Shown in pieces: positions 10,343-21,377 of a stretch of 64,000 bases of DNA. The position numbers and the translations under genes were made by a program. Under the pieces are notes generated by a model. The model was not told where the DNA came from. It worked only from the letters and a program-made list of their open reading frames with translations, and did no database searches. This stretch comes from Lophium mytilinum (Eukaryota), in contig MU004186.1 in the NCBI GenBank assembly GCA_010093605.1, forward strand, positions 2,150,616 to 2,214,615. Direction: 5' to 3'. Each line of letters opens with the position of its first letter. Positions within the stretch are counted from its first letter, which is position 1.

Positions 10343-13300
10343 TCACCGCCAGACGTTCTCGTCACTCTCAGGGTATAAAAAGTCAACGACTTCGTCTTCA
10401 CTTTGACCTTCAGTGACATCAGACTCAAGGCCAGGTATTTCTGCTGGTCCGGCGATTGAAATCGCTGCTTCAGGTTCTGCCAGAGCTGTGGATCTTTGGC
10501 TAGGCCCGATGACTTCATCAGTCTCTGGATGCAGACACTCAACTACTTCGTCTTCACGTTGAGCTTCATTGATTATAGGCTCAAGACTCAGTGTCTCTGT
10601 CGGCTTCAGAGTTGCTATGGCTGGCTCAGGTTCTTCCGAAGCCAGTGACCCTTGATCAAGGCTAAGGACCTCGTCAGAGTACTGCTGGAAGAACTCGATG
10701 TCTTCCTTTGAGTACTCGTATCCCGGATTGACTTCCAAGGTATCAACATCTATGCTCTCCAGAATCGGCATCGGCTCCACGACCGTGAGTTCGGTAAGTG
10801 GACTCGCATCCCATGGAGGAGGATCTTCTTCTTGTAGAAGAGTCGTTGGCCAGTGCCGAGGACGGATTCTCTCTAGAGCGGAGGGCCTTTGCAGAAGCGC
10901 CCTCGGTGTTTCCAGCACAGCAGAAGTTGCAGAAGCCAGCTTATTCGAAGCCAACCATGTAGTGCTTTGGAAGCAGGGCTCGGAATCAACCGATCGATCG
11001 ATTAGGCCTCTCGAAATCGATCGAATCGACTGCTTAATCAGCAGATGCCCAAATCAATTGAATTAATCGATTCGATATCGAATCAATCGAAGAATCGAGA
11101 TGGTTAAAGGTATTTGGAGGCTTGGCGCAGCGTATAGGTAGTATTAAGATATATAAGATAATATTGATTTTAGTTAATATCTAAATCCCTATTAAAAGCC
11201 CTTTAATACACTTTCTTATAAAGTAATAGTAGTTACAGCGGCATAATACTGCTCTATTAGAAAGATATAATAGAAGACGCACTTAATATAGTCATGTGAT
11301 ATATAAGCACGTAACAAAATGCTTATATAATATAATCTCCCGGCGAAGCACGGCCAATAAACCGCATCTTACGCGGCCAAACTGCTATTGTATTTACACC
11401 TTCAACCATGTCGATTTTCAATTGATCAGGCCTCCTGAAATCAATCGGTTGAACTGTTTCTAGATGGCTAATCAATTAAATCGAATTGCCAAGACTTCAA
11501 TTGATTTCGATCAACCGTTCGATTGGTTGATTGACTCCGAGCCCTGTTTGGAAGATCGATCCTGCCTTTCTGTTAGCGGCGCTAACTGATTGCTTAATAC
11601 GCGAACCGAACCCTTGCTGTACCTGAGGAGGCTGGTATACTGGCATACTTTTACGCTCAGGTGGCTCCCGTTGAGTCGCTCCGCGATTTGATACTTTGCC
11701 AGGGTTGAAGAGGTACGAGAAATCTACGCTTTCTAAGTCCGCTAGCGCTGACCTCTCGTGCTCGACATCCTCCAACTTGGTCGCCTCTTCACCGTTGTCG
11801 AGTTTCTCGGCGAGGTCATACTTGAATTGGTTGGCACCAGTCAAGCGGCCGAGCTTGTAAGCCTCAAACTCTGATATGGCTCGATGTGGCTTACCGCGCC
11901 GATCCATGCAGAAGTTTTGTATTTGTGCCGGGGTGAAGGTGTCTTTAGGCATTTGGCGGCCAAAGTCCTTCGCCATTGTTGTAATTTCGGCTTGAGTGAA
12001 TCGACCCTTTGCTCTAGGGTCGGTCCAGAAAATGCGGCGAAAGGTGATCGCTGCTGTCTCCTTAGTACAGTACCCAAGGTAGACAACTTTGTCCACGCGA
12101 CCGTCACGATAGAGCGCCTCGTCCAAGGACTTGGGGGCGTTTGTGGTCATAATGAGGAGGCGACCCTCTGGTGCTGCAGGTCCATCTATGGCATTGAGTA
12201 GTCCACTCAACGTTACCCTGGGAACTGGCACTGCTTTTTTCTTGGGAGTCGCCTTTTTAGGGACCGCATGGTTTTCGGAGCTGTGCTCGCTCCTTTGGTC
12301 TTCAGCATCTGGCTCTTTTGAATCTTCTGAAGACTCGTCTTCGTCTTTCATGCTGGTGCGGCTAATTCCGGCGGAGTCAATATCTTCCAAGAGCACTACG
12401 CATCTCTCGGGCAGATGTCCAAACCTAGTAAGTAGCCCATTGTCATCTAATCCCTGTTCGTTGAGGTTTAACACATACAGCGGCAGATCAAAGTGACTTG
12501 CTAAAGCAACACTCAGAGAAGTTTTCCCGGTTCCAGGTGGGCCGTAGAAGAGATAGCCGCGACGATGAGGCCTACCGTTTTCACGATAGTAGGACTTAGT
12601 CTCAGGGTCGAAGTAGTCCTCTGCATCTGACAAAATATCGTCGAAGTCTTTCCGGGGCAAATCTACCGTGTGTAGCGCCCTGCTGGGCTTCTGAATATGA
12701 CTGTAATAATCCGCAGTGATGTGGGCGCCGGGCTCTGCAACGTAGATGTTAGTGAACTTCATTCCCCGCTCAGATTCGTTCTGGCAATGAATCAAGAAAC
12801 TCTTCAAAGGCTCAATGCTACGACCGAGACACGAGACTAGCATATCTTCGGAATTCTTGCCTCCATGCCTGTCGTTCTTAGAAGGATGCTCTAAGAAGAA
12901 GATCCGTCCATCAAACCGGAACCATTGGAACCCGCTCGTGGGCTCAATCTGGAACATCATTCCGGTGTTACCTGGTTCCTCGGCAGGTATCTCTGCAGGC
13001 TCGTCTTCCCATCCGGAGCTCTCGTCATTATGTTGACTGCTGAGGTCAAAAGATGGTTTCAGAACCACGTGCTGTGAACCTTTGCCCCCAGTGGCCGAAA
13101 TGAGATGCTCGCTGATCGCTTTCCCCATCTTGTCGTTTCGGTTCAGACGGACAGAACATGTTCCGTGCTGCCGAATGAAAGTAGGCACCTTGGAGGTAGT
13201 ACCAGGAATTCCAGATTTATAGAGGTCAAAAGCGAACGAGACTATCGATGGGTTAAGCCCCACTTTTTCGAGTATCTTTTTATGAGACAGCAACGAAGTG

Positions 13301-13461
13301 TCGGCTTCGTTATCTTCTTCATCAATTGAATGGTCTTGACTTGAAGAATCGTGATCCTGATCGGAGAGGTTCTCGGCATTCTTCATTGGAGAGGCCCTCC
13401 TAGCCGTGGTTGTGTTGAGCTTGCCAGCAAGCCCGCTTACGATGTGTGCCAAAGCGAACAT
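10343..13461 (-). CDS. BCS1-like AAA+ ATPase, copy C, interrupted by a MITE (current ORF 11497-13461; orphaned tail 10343-10965)
   Basis: PHRRGYLFYGPPGTGKTS, LLEDID, VTLSGLLNAIDG, LDEALYRDGRVD. Removing 10974-11546 plus one TSD copy fuses ...GSIFQ to STTWLASNKL... in frame (845 aa). Confidence 0.88.
10974..11546. mobile_element. Non-autonomous hAT-type DNA transposon (MITE), 573 bp
   Basis: Terminal inverted repeats CAGGGCTCGGA(A/G)TCAA at both ends. 8-bp TSD TTTGGAAG at 10966-10973 and 11547-11554. Subterminal ATCGA/ATCAA arrays, AT-rich core, no transposase. Confidence 0.92.
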
Positions 13462-14571
13462 CTTGTGAATGCTAGAGGTTTGGTTGTTTCGAGCGGCTTG
13501 AACGGCGTATTCAAAGCTATGTCCTTTATTGAGTGGTTTCGACGAAGTGTTTAGAAAGGAGACTTCGTGGTCGGATTAGACCGTTGTGCGGAGACCTTTT
13601 ATGTTGACCGTGTCTACATTGTAAAGATCTTGAGATGATTACAGCGCGAGGCTATGTGAAGCTTCAACGCCCGTGCTGTGTATTGACTTGGAAGAACCAT
13701 GCGTTGAGCCGATGGATGGGACATTGTTGTAGCACACCGTGATGGTACAGCGTCACCGCTAGGCAGACTTGGTCGAAAAATTGTGGAAAAGTTACTGTAA
13801 TGACCGAACGGTGGAGAGCGTTTAATCGCACTTCGATGAAGACGTTCTTGGTAGCTATTGATCTCCTTCTTTCCATTCGTAGTAGAATCCATGGCGGCCC
13901 GTCGTATATGTTACATTCCGTCTTGGTCGGCGTCAACCCGTGTGAGTGTTTCGACGATATAAGGATTTTTAATGATAGGTATACAGATGACCAAATCTTG
14001 GTAGCACGAACAAAATGTCAGAGAATCACATACCTAGTTGTGTAATAGATGAGAGAGCGCACCTTCCTTTACACCACCACATTCAAGAGAACTTCAGGCG
14101 ACAAACCAGTAGGTTCCCGACCAAACTGACCCTTTGAGAGATAAGATTTTCCGGGATCCATCATTTGGAGGGTCCGAGCTCTGACTCAAACATTCATTTC
14201 ACACATCACATTTACGGCAAACCATCACACATCACAAAGCCCACAGAAGCTAAGAAATTCAGAAAGACTTTGACGTTGGGAAGACACTCCTCGCATTTTT
14301 GCTAATGTCAAGGGTCAAGACAAAGGAAACTTAGCATCCTGAGTCGTTAGTCTGAGATCAAACCTTGATTCAATACAGTGTCCGGACCGAGAGGTCGGCA
14401 AACACAACCGTTTGCAACACCGCTGGAGAAGAAAGAGGGACACATGATTCAGGAAATGGAAAGCTTCCACATGATACTTAGCCAATTTCCGATCGTCCGA
14501 GTTCATAGATCAGAACAGCTTGAGACATGCATTGACAAACCTATCCAATGTCCAGTTTGGGTAAGACAAAA

Positions 14572-16215
14572 TCATGTCTTACGGGAGTACCTCATGGTTG
14601 GAGAAGGACTGGACATGGTATCCGGAAACATAGCATTGGACCTTGAGCTTGAAGTCGGGCTCGGAGTGAGGCTCCTGTTCACTGCGCCACTCTTCGCTAT
14701 TGTCATGAGCTCGCTCTCCCTACTGGTTAGACTGGTAGAGGTATCCACCTGAAGAGCCTTTGGGCGAGGCTTTCTCGGGAGTCTTCCTAGCAATTTGCGC
14801 TTGTCCTCCTTCAAGACTCCGTAGAGCCATTGATGATCAGATCTTGTCAATACCGTGATGGGTATGACAACCCTCTCTGGCGCAGAGGCCTCAGCACCAT
14901 CGTCATCTTGATCAATTGCCACAAGACTCTTTCCATCAACGATAACCTCCCCAAGGCGGACATCTTTCAGCTCTCCGATTATCTCATAACCAGACCCCTT
15001 CGCCCAGATGCGTGTCGGAGTTCCATAATCTGCATAGAGAGCGAAAAGTTGCGCGAGGCCTTTCTCGGTCCGCTCCTTTGCCTCCTCGACATCACGAAGC
15101 GGACGGAGCACAGTCGCGTCGAGGACCGATAGCACGTCTGCGCGAGTGCGGTTATGTTCGATCGCGAACTTATCGATGAGCAAGGAGGTTGCGATGGCGG
15201 TGGCCAGATCCTGGTATTCGCTTCCATGCCAGGGGGTCCAGATGGGAGGCTTTAGTGAGAAAGCCAAGGGGCCCGGGATTTCCCTTCTCGACTCCGAGGG
15301 AACTGTGGTAGTGCCAGATGTCGGGGTACGTAGCGTTGATGGCGTGCCAATATATGAGGACTTGAGAGGTGTTGGAGGTGGGGTGACTAGGGCAACAGTC
15401 TTTGGAGGTTCGGTGAATCCGATGCGCGCTGCCTTGACAGCGTGGGTCATCTTGCCAGGGCGAAAACCTGTGCTGGGAGGTATCTCTTGACCACCATCAT
15501 CAGCCTTGCGCTTCTGTGGAGTGGCCTTCCAGGCCAGCTCTCCAGATGTCTTTGAGACTGATGGAAAGATATCTTGTATCTCCGATGCCAAATGGCTGCT
15601 TCGTTCTGCACCCAATACGTTTGAGACGAATCCTCCCTTCTTTCGCAAGGTCGTCAGACCAAGGAGCGTGCGATGCCGTGGTAAGAGAGAGGCCGCTGTC
15701 AAGATCTTCGATCGATCGTTCTGCTGGGCTCTGATTTCGTGAGAGCGAAGTTCAGTATCCGAATCGCGGACCATATGTTTGGACGGAGCTGTGCGCGACT
15801 TCGGCGATACAGTGTTCTTCGACCGAGATGCCGCTTCGTCCATAGTAGCAAGACGTTGAATGGGCTCGGTAAGCTGATCTGCCCCAGTCGCTTCCTTCCT
15901 CTCCTTCGCCTTCCTCATAGCGCCTGGTCTTGGAAGATCCGGAAGATCGGGGCTTCTGATAGCGTACGGAACGTTCACATGTCTCTCCAGCGAAGGCTCT
16001 CCCTCGTCATCATCGTCCTCTCCGCACAAGTCGACATATTCGACGTCATTACCAAAAAGACTTTTGCTGGAGAACACGTTGGTGTAGGTCAACTTGGGAG
16101 TTGGAGCACTTTCGCGGGCTTTTTGGGCCAAGTTCGAGACGTTTGTGTCGATCATGCTGTTGGCCATCGTTTGTGGACCGTCGACTGGTACCTCCTTTGC
16201 CGTCGCCTCCTCCAT
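14572..16215 (-). CDS. Hypothetical protein, largely disordered, with an SHD1-like C-terminal region (start uncertain)
   Basis: Long ORF (14572-16359) with first ATG at 16215; SIM-like VEYVDL followed by acidic residues; folded-looking region near the C-terminus. Confidence 0.65.
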   Translation of the reverse strand: MEEATAKEVPVDGPQTMANSMIDTNVSNLAQKARESAPTPKLTYTNVFSSKSLFGNDVEYVDLCGEDDDDEGEPSLERHVNVPYAIRSPDLPDLPRPGAMRKAKERKEATGADQLTEPIQRLATMDEAASRSKNTVSPKSRTAPSKHMVRDSDTELRSHEIRAQQNDRSKILTAASLLPRHRTLLGLTTLRKKGGFVSNVLGAERSSHLASEIQDIFPSVSKTSGELAWKATPQKRKADDGGQEIPPSTGFRPGKMTHAVKAARIGFTEPPKTVALVTPPPTPLKSSYIGTPSTLRTPTSGTTTVPSESRREIPGPLAFSLKPPIWTPWHGSEYQDLATAIATSLLIDKFAIEHNRTRADVLSVLDATVLRPLRDVEEAKERTEKGLAQLFALYADYGTPTRIWAKGSGYEIIGELKDVRLGEVIVDGKSLVAIDQDDDGAEASAPERVVIPITVLTRSDHQWLYGVLKEDKRKLLGRLPRKPRPKALQVDTSTSLTSRESELMTIAKSGAVNRSLTPSPTSSSRSNAMFPDTMSSPSPTMRYSRKT

Positions 16216-17334
16216 CTTGACTCCCGCCCTCCAAACGTGATGGCGAGGACGGTGTTGAAGAACAGGAGGCGACGAGAAAGGTCGAGACGTGAGGGAGAGA
16301 TATGGCTGCCTGCCGAACACTTCCTGGCATGAAGAGTGAAGGTGAAGGCGGTGGATCATGTGACATATTGCGCAGCATGACGGAGCTGTAATAGTCGGTG
16401 AAGATACAGATCCTTTATCTTCCGCCGGTGCCGGAGCGTAGATAGCGAGGTACTGAAAGCGTGGGCAAGCATTCTAGAGACCGGAGAAGAGAGCGACGGC
16501 GTTCGATGGTGCCTGGATGACTTCGTAACGAGATGGGAGCTGTGAGCAACGAAGCTAAACCAGTGAAGCAATGCATAAAAAGCATATCTAGTGTAAGGAC
16601 ACATGGGACACTGACCTTGAAGCTAGCATACTGCACAATGTCTCGTCATAGACTTTCGCCAGCCTTTCCGCCACGGCGGGTTGCACCTCTATATCCCTTT
16701 GTTGGTCAGAGTGGAAAGTCAATGGGGAAGTTTGTTTGCGCATACCTGTCACTGTTCGCGATAGCGGAGCAAGCCCATTGGTTATCGAGAAAGATGTACT
16801 GATCTTGCGATCAGAATTCTCGAGGTATGCTAAGGCGCTAGAGTAGTAGCAGGCAAGCGTACACAGATTTATAGCTGAGTAGTGTATTACCGGTACACTT
16901 CCTGTGAGGTGATGGGCTTTGGGGTTACTAGCGCCCGCAAGATATTCCGCCTTCACTCAACTCGTGATCTTTGACAACAACGATAGCCTAAGACAGACGC
17001 TGACCAACGGTAAAGCCGCGTCACGGGGTCTCTGAGTTGTCCCCCGATACTGAGCATCGAAGTGAACCAATCGGCTATCAACGTAAGCTGCTCGCTTTGA
17101 AGTCGGACACCTCACTGGGAGTGTGCTACTCTTGAAACTCCTCCATAACTCCTCTTTCGAAAGGGACGAGCCTTCGACTCACCTATCTTACTCCGCGCAC
17201 CATTAGTAAGTGAGCCCCACTCTAATCCTGCGTCAGCTTCGATTAACACCTACTTGGCAGATCTTCGTACCTCGATCGCCGTCCCACTACCAACACCCGT
17301 GCCGGCTGCGTAAGCCTTCACACATAACTTTGAG

Positions 17335-17643
17335 ATGGGGAGTGTCCAGTCGAAACGCCGCAAGTCTTCAATGACGGGGAAGCGTAGAGTCAGATGTAAA
17401 GAATGCGGTCAGCCGGGTTTTGAAGGTGCTGCGAAACTACCTGAGTGGCTAAACGAACAACCTTTTGTTCTCGGGAGCAAGGAATTGGCGCAATGCAAGA
17501 CATGCGGTTCTGGGTATCATAAAGAGGACATGCCTTCCAATCTCAGGTTCCTACGAGTCCTTTTTTTTAAGGTCAGGAGCAGTGCTGGTCGCAACAATCA
17601 GTGGTCCAGCTACATACTTGTCTTCATTCAAAGAACTCTGTAA
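17335..17643 (+). CDS. Small protein with an MGxxxS N-myristoylation motif and two CxxC pairs
   Basis: MGSVQS..., CKEC...CKTC. Upstream 5'UTR-type intron 17206-17260 (GTAAGT...CAG). The 3' end is uncertain because of a T8 run at 17561. Confidence 0.45.
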   Translation: MGSVQSKRRKSSMTGKRRVRCKECGQPGFEGAAKLPEWLNEQPFVLGSKELAQCKTCGSGYHKEDMPSNLRFLRVLFFKVRSSAGRNNQWSSYILVFIQRTL

Positions 17644-18640
17644 ACTACCTTTTGGAGTGTCAAGTTCTCTGGAATCCTTCACGTCTTCGCGCAGAAATGA
17701 GACTCGGAGTAAGAGGGAACTTACATTCCTTATGGTCTATTATCAGAAATAGGGCTAGCCGGCGTAGTCAGTAACTTACCAAAAACCCATTCTACATTCC
17801 AGAAGGTTTGTGAAATCCTTCTAAAGCCAACGTCAGTCGCTCAGCCATCCACGCAGCCACTGCGCGTAACATGCCAGATTCAGGTGCTAGGAATATATTG
17901 GTGGAGATAGGGTAGCTGTTTATGCTATATGTGATCGCTTGGCATCTTGTGGCGCGTATATCTTCACATAGTCGTTAGCAGAATAAGTCTAGAGCGTTCA
18001 CTTCCTAGACGAGTGTTCAGAATTGATACCAAGCTCTAGGGGTTGGTTAACTATCAACGAGGTAAAGACGTAGTGCGGTCTCCGCGGACTTAAAGTTGCA
18101 GGGTAGTCGGCTTGCGTGGAACTAGTTGCGCGTGTTCTGGCAACGCGCAGTTGCTTTGGGGAATAGAGATTGAACTTTAGATGCCGGGTCTTCTATGTAG
18201 CACAGAATGTGTTAGCGGTACTCAACATTCAAGGCCATTCGTCGACGTTGCTCGCACATCCATTCTTTTTATGGCAAGAAGCCTACACTGTCGCGGGAAT
18301 CCTCGCGGTGAAGTTAGAGCTTCAAGACCCGACCTTTACTACGTGTCTCGAGCCTTCTTCGTGGCTTAGCTCCTTGACAACTTTCAATTCTTGTTTGCAC
18401 ATCATTCTAACGACCGCCAAATCTTCTTACGACTGCTAAGTCTTCTTCTGACCATCATAATAAAGCCACTCCTGTTTTGAAAGTCAACCACTTTCGTTGC
18501 TATTAGCTTCTAGAAACGGCAAACTCAGACCTTCAAGCCTACCACCACTTCGTAAGGAGCAACCTCATTCAACCGCGAAACCCGCCATCAGCCTTCAGGC
18601 CTCATCCACCCGGGCGCCGTTAAGCAATAATCCCAATAAG

Positions 18641-18936
18641 ATGACTCGCCAACCTCCTAAATCTTCCTCTCCGCTGGGCCCACCTTCTTCTAAGACCTCT
18701 CTCCCTTCGACTGTTTCCCAAATCGCGGGCTCTACCGTTGGTCGCTTTCCTTGCGCAACGGAGAAGTGCGCTGGGCGCACTCATGACAAGGGGCAGACGT
18801 GTATGACTTGCATGGTAAGCCAATTTCCACTCAACATATCTCCTCCGTTAGGTCGAGAGGGGCGGTATGGATGACTGATTTGAAGTGCCCTTGACTAACG
18901 CAGCTATGACAGGCGCACGGAAAGTACAACTTCTAG
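18641..18936 (+). CDS. Small Ser/Pro-rich protein with a C-terminal C-x4-C...CxxC motif; 2 exons
   Basis: MTRQPPKSS...FPCATEKCAGRTHDKGQTCMTCM, then intron 18815-18912 (GTAAGC, branch GACTAAC, CAG), then AHGKYNF*. Confidence 0.55.
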
Positions 18937-19440
18937 AGAGTGAGTAAACAGCGAATTAGCGGGGTTCGTGTGCTTGGAGAGGCAAGGTTTTCAACTCACG
19001 TCGGCGCCTTTGTGGGAGTATGTGGTGTGCTGGAGATCGGCGGTGTCAATGTTGGGTAGCCGGTTTCCTTATTGACCGTGCTGGATACTGGAAGGGGATG
19101 TATTCGGGTCGAATCTTTGAATCCACCACGAGGCCCTCGCAATGAGGGTAGAAGCTTCAAGAATTGGCTTTCTTACGTGTCTCGAGCTTTCTCCATGACT
19201 CGACTCTTAAACAACTCATAGCTCTTTCTTAAATAGCAAATGCAAGGAACGATACCTCTCTTCTTCATACCACATCATAACCACGCCGGAACAGAAAGCC
19301 ACAATCTACTCTCATAATCATTAGCTTCTTGGATCAACAGATTCGTTAACACAAACTCCTTCTCATCTTACTGGCAAATCGCCTCCGCTAGCATCGAGAC
19401 CTTCACTACCTCGTGTACTCCCCAAGTGCCAGACTCCAAG

Positions 19441-19965
19441 ATGGGTTGCGGATCATCTACGCATTCTTCCCGATCTCTCACGCCAATCCAAAACCCCTCG
19501 CTCAAGGACCTCAAAGATTTCCTGGGCCCCGAAAATGGTCGCGCTGCTCGAAGCGTCGTTCCTCAGAATCCGCCAACCAGTCAAAACAGGAAACCAGGAC
19601 AGCCACAGCCGACGAGGGTGGCGCCTGGGTTTGCACCAAAATGGTCTAGTATTGGTGGCGGTAAATCTAGGCCTCCCTCGCCTGCTCATTCTTCTTCTCA
19701 ATGCCCTGGATCTAATAGCGAAGTCCAAGCCATGCCAGGATTCGGCTACCATCTTGGTGCTCGTGCTCTTCCATGCGTAAACGCTAGGAGGGACGCTATG
19801 TCCTACGGAAGCTACGCCCACGGCACAGTCGAGAATTTCCAAGAAGAGTGCCATGAATGTCAGGTACGTGAGCCTCCCCTTGGTTCTTCGAAACACCAGT
19901 CCTTGTGGAGGTCTAGCGTAGTTGAAGTAAAGTTTTGGAGCTTTGGACTGGCAGCGCTATCATAG
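19441..19965 (+). CDS. Small protein with an MGCGSS dual-acylation motif and a C-terminal C..H..CxxC motif (3' exon uncertain)
   Basis: ATG 19441 MGCGSS...LPCVNA...AHG...ECHECQ followed by donor GTACGT at 19864, the same relative intron position as the 18641 gene. The end given is the unspliced ORF end. Confidence 0.5.
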   Translation: MGCGSSTHSSRSLTPIQNPSLKDLKDFLGPENGRAARSVVPQNPPTSQNRKPGQPQPTRVAPGFAPKWSSIGGGKSRPPSPAHSSSQCPGSNSEVQAMPGFGYHLGARALPCVNARRDAMSYGSYAHGTVENFQEECHECQVREPPLGSSKHQSLWRSSVVEVKFWSFGLAALS

Positions 19966-21377
19966 GGTCGATATACGATGGGCTCGTACAACGGGACAGA
20001 TTGAAGATTGCATTGATGTCGGCTGGTCCGAATCCTGAGTGGTGTTTCCCATCTTTATTTTCTGGCACCGCGTTGTCTGCATTGAGGATTGGAGACACTG
20101 AATATTTAGAGGGTGCTGGGGTTAGGCAAATACCAGATTTCCGTGCCACAAGATTGCTATGAGGCCACCTACCTTATCACTAACCCGCGTACTTTCATAA
20201 CTCACCCATGCTTACGCACCTCCGTGACTCAGCTTCAAAAGATTTCCGCTTTATCCTATATCACACCTACCATCGCAAAAAGACTCCTCAATAACCTACT
20301 TGATACCTACTGTCTCGTCATTAGCTTTAATATAAATCATCACCTGGTAGTCTATCTTGCTATCTCTCCACGGACAACTTACACTTTGACCCTAAATACT
20401 ACCATCACACCCTGTTTTCCAGATGCGACAACCCTGTAACTTAAAAGCAAATGGACGTTCAACTTTATCAACAAATCCATACCCTTATACTCCGCTATAA
20501 ATCTATATACAGCTCTCATAAGGTTCTGGAGAAGCGCGGTCTACTACATTTCCAAAACTTTGACAAGCCTTTGCTGCTTGGGAAGGGACGCTATTCCGAA
20601 ATGCTATACCGGACAGGTGACTAGAATAGTAGAAAGGGTTGTAGAAATCGAGAGGAGGTAAGCTCAGTGTTCGAGCTAACAACCTTTCGACCGATTTGAC
20701 AATGAAAGGTTCTCCGTGAGGCGGCACTGCACGATCAGCCTATGTAGGTCGGGACCGTTAAGCGGAACTATGCGAGCTGTGGCTGGATACTTTGCGATAA
20801 GCCGGGCCTATTGTAAAAGATACATATGCTTGTGTATGATACATCTAACCTCTTATCTTATAGCTTGAAGGGGAAGGCAATACGGTTGGTCATAGTAGCT
20901 GTCAATCTTGCAGCTAGGAGGGGAGGGTAGGAGGGTGCATGGATGGCAGATTAGGGATGGGGACAGGGAATCCGAAGTGAAGGTAGTTCCGAGCATTTGT
21001 CTAGAGATGTGAAGGATGATTGAAGTGAATGCTAGGGGACAAGACTTTTCTCTTATTATAGTTCATTTGGGTTTCTGCGCTCCTCTCATATGGAGCGGAA
21101 TAGACACCAGAGAGCGACAACTCGAAAGAACTTGTCGGGAATAAGCTTATCAGCAATGAGGGAGGAATCTCTTATCGATAGTAAAAAGATGATGAATGAA
21201 AGACGGAGCTGGAGTGGTCAGGGGAACTTCGGGTGATCAAACAGCCTCGCCAAGCAAACGCGGGGCTCGTTCCGATTTGCGGCGGCCGACCCGCGGCAGG
21301 GAGACGAGATTAAGAAAAGAGGCTAATATTTCTCGATACAAAGACTCATCATCCATCCCAGCCTTGCATATGAGGCG

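Noticed and set aside
10343..10954. 203-aa ORF as an independent gene
   Set aside because: It starts at TTG and is the in-frame severed tail of BCS1-like copy C.
10985..11100. ATCGA arrays as a CRISPR-like or satellite repeat
   Set aside because: They lie inside the MITE termini, have no repeat-spacer periodicity, and the context is eukaryotic.
4751..20900. Starship or other giant mobile element
   Set aside because: No tyrosine recombinase captain, transposase or boundary repeats were seen.
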